Assembly (NCBI RefSeq): GCF_009914755.1
Contig: NC_060933.1
Strand: one strand, 5' to 3'
Length of the DNA: 64,000 bases
Source: the human T2T-CHM13v2.0 reference genome, Homo sapiens
Position 1 is the first letter of the stretch. Every line of letters starts with the position of its first letter. The notes under the pieces were generated by a model, which saw only the letters and a list, made by a program, of their open reading frames with translations, was not told the origin of the DNA and made no database searches. The position numbers were made by a program, and so were the translations under genes. This document shows positions 58,197 to 64,000 of this stretch, piece by piece.

Positions 58197-58835
<639 letters not shown>

Positions 58836-58874
58836 TGAATCTGACCAGGGCACCTCAGCTGGGCTGGCCTCTGA

Positions 58875-59177
<303 letters not shown>

Positions 59178-59697
59178 CCTGGCCCCTGAGCCTTTGCTGC
59201 ACCAGCCTCTGTTCCACACAGACCTTTCCTGTGCCTTGACCCAGCGCCAGACCCTTCCTGACAGCTCCAGCCCCTAAGACCTGGGCAGCTCCTGGGTCTG
59301 TGATGGAAAGCTTTATGCTCACTCAGGAGGTCTCTACCTGGAGGTGCTTAAGCCCCAATGCAGAAGTTGATGAAGCTGCTTTCTAAGTTCAAAAACCTAG
59401 AGCTAGCTTTTCCCTTGGGTGCAGCACACACCTCGGCAGGAGGATGGGGTTGGGGGTTCAAGTCCCAGCCACCACCTCAAGTCTGGAACTCTCCTTTTTG
59501 TTCAGGCCCTATTGCTTACTCCAGAATCCATATTTTCTCATGGTACATTTCCCCTAGGAGGCCCTGCAGCCACCCACGCCACCCCACGACCCAGCTTCCA
59601 TCTCGGCTACAAATAGAAAAACTCTAACACTCCTGTCTCACAGAGGGGAAAACTGAAGGCCAGCAGGGCTGTTCCTGGGTCAGTTATGTCCATGGCT

Positions 59698-60983
<1,286 letters not shown>

Positions 60984-61357
60984 TGATCGATCACTCGCAA
61001 GAGGGATGAAATCATCCCAATAGGTTCACCTTGGTGCCCATTTCCTCCCTCCTTGTGGCCAGAAAGGGAGCCCGTGAATCACAGGGGCACCCAGTGGTCA
61101 ACCCAAATCAGATTTCCGTCAGTTAGGACAGAAGTGGAGCAGGGCAATTGAGTGGGAACCCACAGGGCTGGCCACTGACTCCTGCTGCCCCAGGAAACCA
61201 GTGATCAAATGTTAGATGTGTGAAGCATATGTCAAATGCATCAGTGAAAAAACAGCACTGCGGGTCTTGTTTCCTGCAATTCCAGTAGGTCCTCCCTGCA
61301 TTTACGTCTCTAAGGCAGTGGGGGACTGCCAGGTTGTCATTCACAGGCCCCTCCCCC

Positions 61358-61645
61358 TTTTTTTTTTTGAGATGGAGTCTCTCTCTGTCACCCAGGCTGG
61401 AGTGCAGTAGTGTGATCTCAGCTCACTGCAACCTCCAGCTCCCAGGTTCAAGCCTCCTGCCTCAGTCTCCCGAGTAGCTGGGATTACAGGCGCACACCAC
61501 CATGCCTGGGTAATTTTTGTATTATTAGTAGAGATGGGGTTTCAACATGTTGGCCATGTTGGTCTTGAACTCCTGACCTCAGGTGATCCACCTGCTTCAG
61601 CCTCCCAAAGTACTGGGATTACAGGCATGAGCCACTGTGCCCGGC
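61358..61645 (-). mobile_element. Alu (AluSx-like)
   Basis: Full dimer. Confidence 0.94.
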
Positions 61646-61859
61646 CTTATGGGACCATTTTGAAAAACAACATATAAAATGGATAAAGTCAGAGATACTC
61701 TGGTTCCTAGGGGATATTGGTGGAGAGGGGAGTGGGGGAGTAGAAGCCCGATTTTCTCTGCCTTCCTCTTCACTCCCTCCTACTGAGGACCCCAAGAGAC
61801 ATTGTCAAAAAAACCAGGATTCTGTCAAAGTCAGTTAGGAAATTATTGGAAAACAGAAA

Positions 61860-62365
61860 CAGAGCTCACATTTACTGAGTATCTACTACATTCTAGGCAA
61901 TTGGGCATAGATTTGCTTGGAAAATATCCTTTATGCTCATTTAAGAAGAAATGAATCATTGTCTGAGGCCCTACCATAGCAGTAGAGCCAGGATTAAAAA
62001 CCAGATGACTGGGTCGGGCGTGGTGGCTCACACCTGTAATCCCAGCACTTTGGGAGGCCGAGACAGGCAAATCACGAGGTCGGGAGATTGAGACCATCCT
62101 GGCTAACACGGTGAAACCCCATCTCTACTAAAAATACAAAAAGTTAGCCAGGCGAGGTGGTGAGCGCCTGTAGTCCCAGCTACTTGGGAGGCTGAGGCGT
62201 GAACCCGGGAGGTGGAGCTTGCAGTGAGCCGAGATGGTGCCACTGCACTCCAGCCTGGGCGACAGAGAGAGACTCCATCTCAAAAAAAAAAAAAAAAGAA
62301 AGAAAGAAAAAGAGAAAAAGAAACCAGATGCCTGCCTCCAAAACCCATTTTTGGTCTCAGTCACA
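61860..62365 (-). mobile_element. MIR, split by an AluY
   Basis: GCTCACATTTACTGAG...AGTAGAGCCAGGATTAAAAACCAGATG [Alu] CCTGCCTCCAAAACCCAT. Confidence 0.6.
62011..62320 (+). mobile_element. AluY with an 11-bp deletion
   Basis: Y diagnostics; GCTGAGGC^GTGAACCC; TSD AAACCAGATG. Confidence 0.95.
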
Positions 62366-62444
62366 GAGCAGTGACCCTCAACCCAGCTAAGGGCTGGCCT
62401 TGGGACGGTCCCCAGGCTGGGCGTTTTGGAAACAGCGTCCATTC

Positions 62445-62600
62445 TGGAGCCTTGTGGTGGGTGATTTTGGAGAGGCCCGGGTTTGAGCTCCAGCAGTGAA
62501 TATAAATTGCTATGCGGCCTTGGGCGAGTCTCTTGACCTCTTTCAATCTCGGTTTCCTTATCTGCAAAATGAGATGTTGGGTCCTTACATCTGTGACATC
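62445..62600 (+). mobile_element. MIR
   Basis: GGCCTTGGGCGAGTC...CTCGGTTTCCTTATCTGCAAAATGAG. Confidence 0.7.
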
Positions 62601-63109
62601 TTAGGACCTAAATTTAGCCCACTCCAGTTGGCCTGGATTGATAGCTGCTGGGTGAGCCCTCCCACAGCGAGGAGGCAGGAACAGCATTGAAGGGCCTGGG
62701 CCTCCCAGAGAGGAAGTGAAACTGGAGGCCTCTGCCTTCTTCCACCCCCTCTCCACCCTCACACACTGCCACCTTCTGAACTAATTGAAACCCAGCCAGA
62801 GTGGGCCCCCGCCAGTGACTCAGCCCCTGGCCCTATCTGATTGTCAAAGTCAATTCCTAGAAGTTGAAGAGAAGTCACTTCTCTTCTGCTGCCATTGCTA
62901 CCACCTCCCACTGCAAGATGAGTTCTAATTCTGTCCTGCAACCACAGTGAGGAGGAAGGCAGTGAAGACACAAGAGGCTTTCAGGGGAAAGTCTGGGTTT
63001 GATGTGCGGAGGCTGGGCAGTGCTGGAAGGGGTGAGGGAGGAAGGGGACCGTCCTTGTCATGGTTGGAAACATGATGTGCAAAGGTGGGGAGGGGGGTGG
63101 GGGCGGGCA

Positions 63110-63200
63110 AGATCTCAGCTTGCCACTTATCAGCTGTGTGACCTTGGACACATTCCGTCATCTCTCTTTGCCTCAGTTGTACATCAAATAAACAGGAAAG
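63110..63200 (+). mobile_element. MIR fragment
   Basis: TGCCACTTATCAGCTGTGTGACCTTGGACA...GCCTCAGTT. Confidence 0.7.
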
Positions 63201-63711
63201 CCCTCCTTCCCAATTTCACTTCTCAGAAGTAACTGCCGCTAGTGGTTCAGGGTTGCAGATACCAATCCAGAAGAGACAGAGAAGAAGATGGGAATTGAGA
63301 TGGAAAGTAGGTACATGGGCACAGAGCGGCTGACTCTACACACAGTGGTGGGCTCATGCTGCGCTGGATGGTGGGGACAAGGGGTAGAGTGCGGGCTCTG
63401 CTCTGAAGAACTTGGCTTTGAAGAATTTTCTATCTCCTTCACTGATCTCCAAGAGAACATAAACCCAACAAGGCAGGAATTCTGCCTGTCTTCCCCAGCA
63501 CGATACCCCCAGCACCTGGGCTTGTGCCTGGCACACAGGCACCTGAACAGAGGAACGTCAGGAGGCAGAGAAGCTAGAGACCTGGCTGCTGCCCCTTGAC
63601 TGCAAGGTAAGCTGGCAGGTACTGGACAATAGCACCTGGTACCCAGTTTCCAAGCGCAAAATGCACATGTCTGCTGCTTCACTTCTGTCTTCCAAATCTC
63701 ACTCAAAACGT

Positions 63712-64000
63712 CTTTTTTTTTTTTTTGAAACAGAGTCTTGCTCTGTCACCCAGGCTGGAGTGCAGTGGCACAATCTCAGCTTACAGCAACCTCTGCCTCC
63801 TGGGTTCAAAGGATTCTCCTGCCTTAGCCTCATGAGTAGCTAGGATTACAGGTGCCCGCCACCATGCCTGGCTAATTTTTGTATTTTTAGTAGAGATGGG
63901 GTTTTGCCATGTTGGCCAGGCTGGTCTCGAACACCTGACTTCAGATGATCCGCCCACCTTGGCCTCCCAAAGTGCCGGGATTACAGGCGTGAGCCACCGT
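63712..64000 (-). mobile_element. Alu (AluSx-like), reaches the window end
   Basis: Dimer with a poly-T tail. Confidence 0.95.

Overview
This is primate (human-like) non-coding genomic DNA dominated by transposable elements. I find no credible protein-coding exon, RNA gene or CRISPR array. The supplied ORFs are Alu-, L1- or LTR-derived, low-complexity, or short with no recognisable homology. I count about 61 Alu copies or fragments by eye (about 40 on -, about 21 on +). Layout: (1) 1.2-7.7 kb is a dense, deeply nested ERV-LTR cluster (MER41B-like, two LTR7B/HERV-H solo LTRs, MER21C-like, LTR8, LTR41-like, MLT1). (2) About 11.8-38.8 kb is an AT-rich pile of old, mostly minus-strand L1 with Alu, MaLR and LTR8 insertions. 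(3) About 39-64 kb is more GC-rich, with MIR, L2 and DNA transposons, some repeat-free islands and a 5'-inverted (twin-primed) L1. The most unusual observations are: an Alu plus about 22-24 bp of unique flank apparently copied 20.3 kb away; a decayed 24-bp tandem array at 41.8-42.9 kb next to a homeobox-motif-rich island; two independent solo LTR7B insertions 120 bp apart; an AluYa5/AluJ chimera; and a MER41B retaining both STAT1 GAS motifs. None of these amounts to a demonstrated new biological system. Repeat family names come from my recollection of the consensus sequences and need RepeatMasker/Dfam confirmation. Boundaries of old elements are approximate, and I cannot identify the chromosomal locus from the sequence alone.
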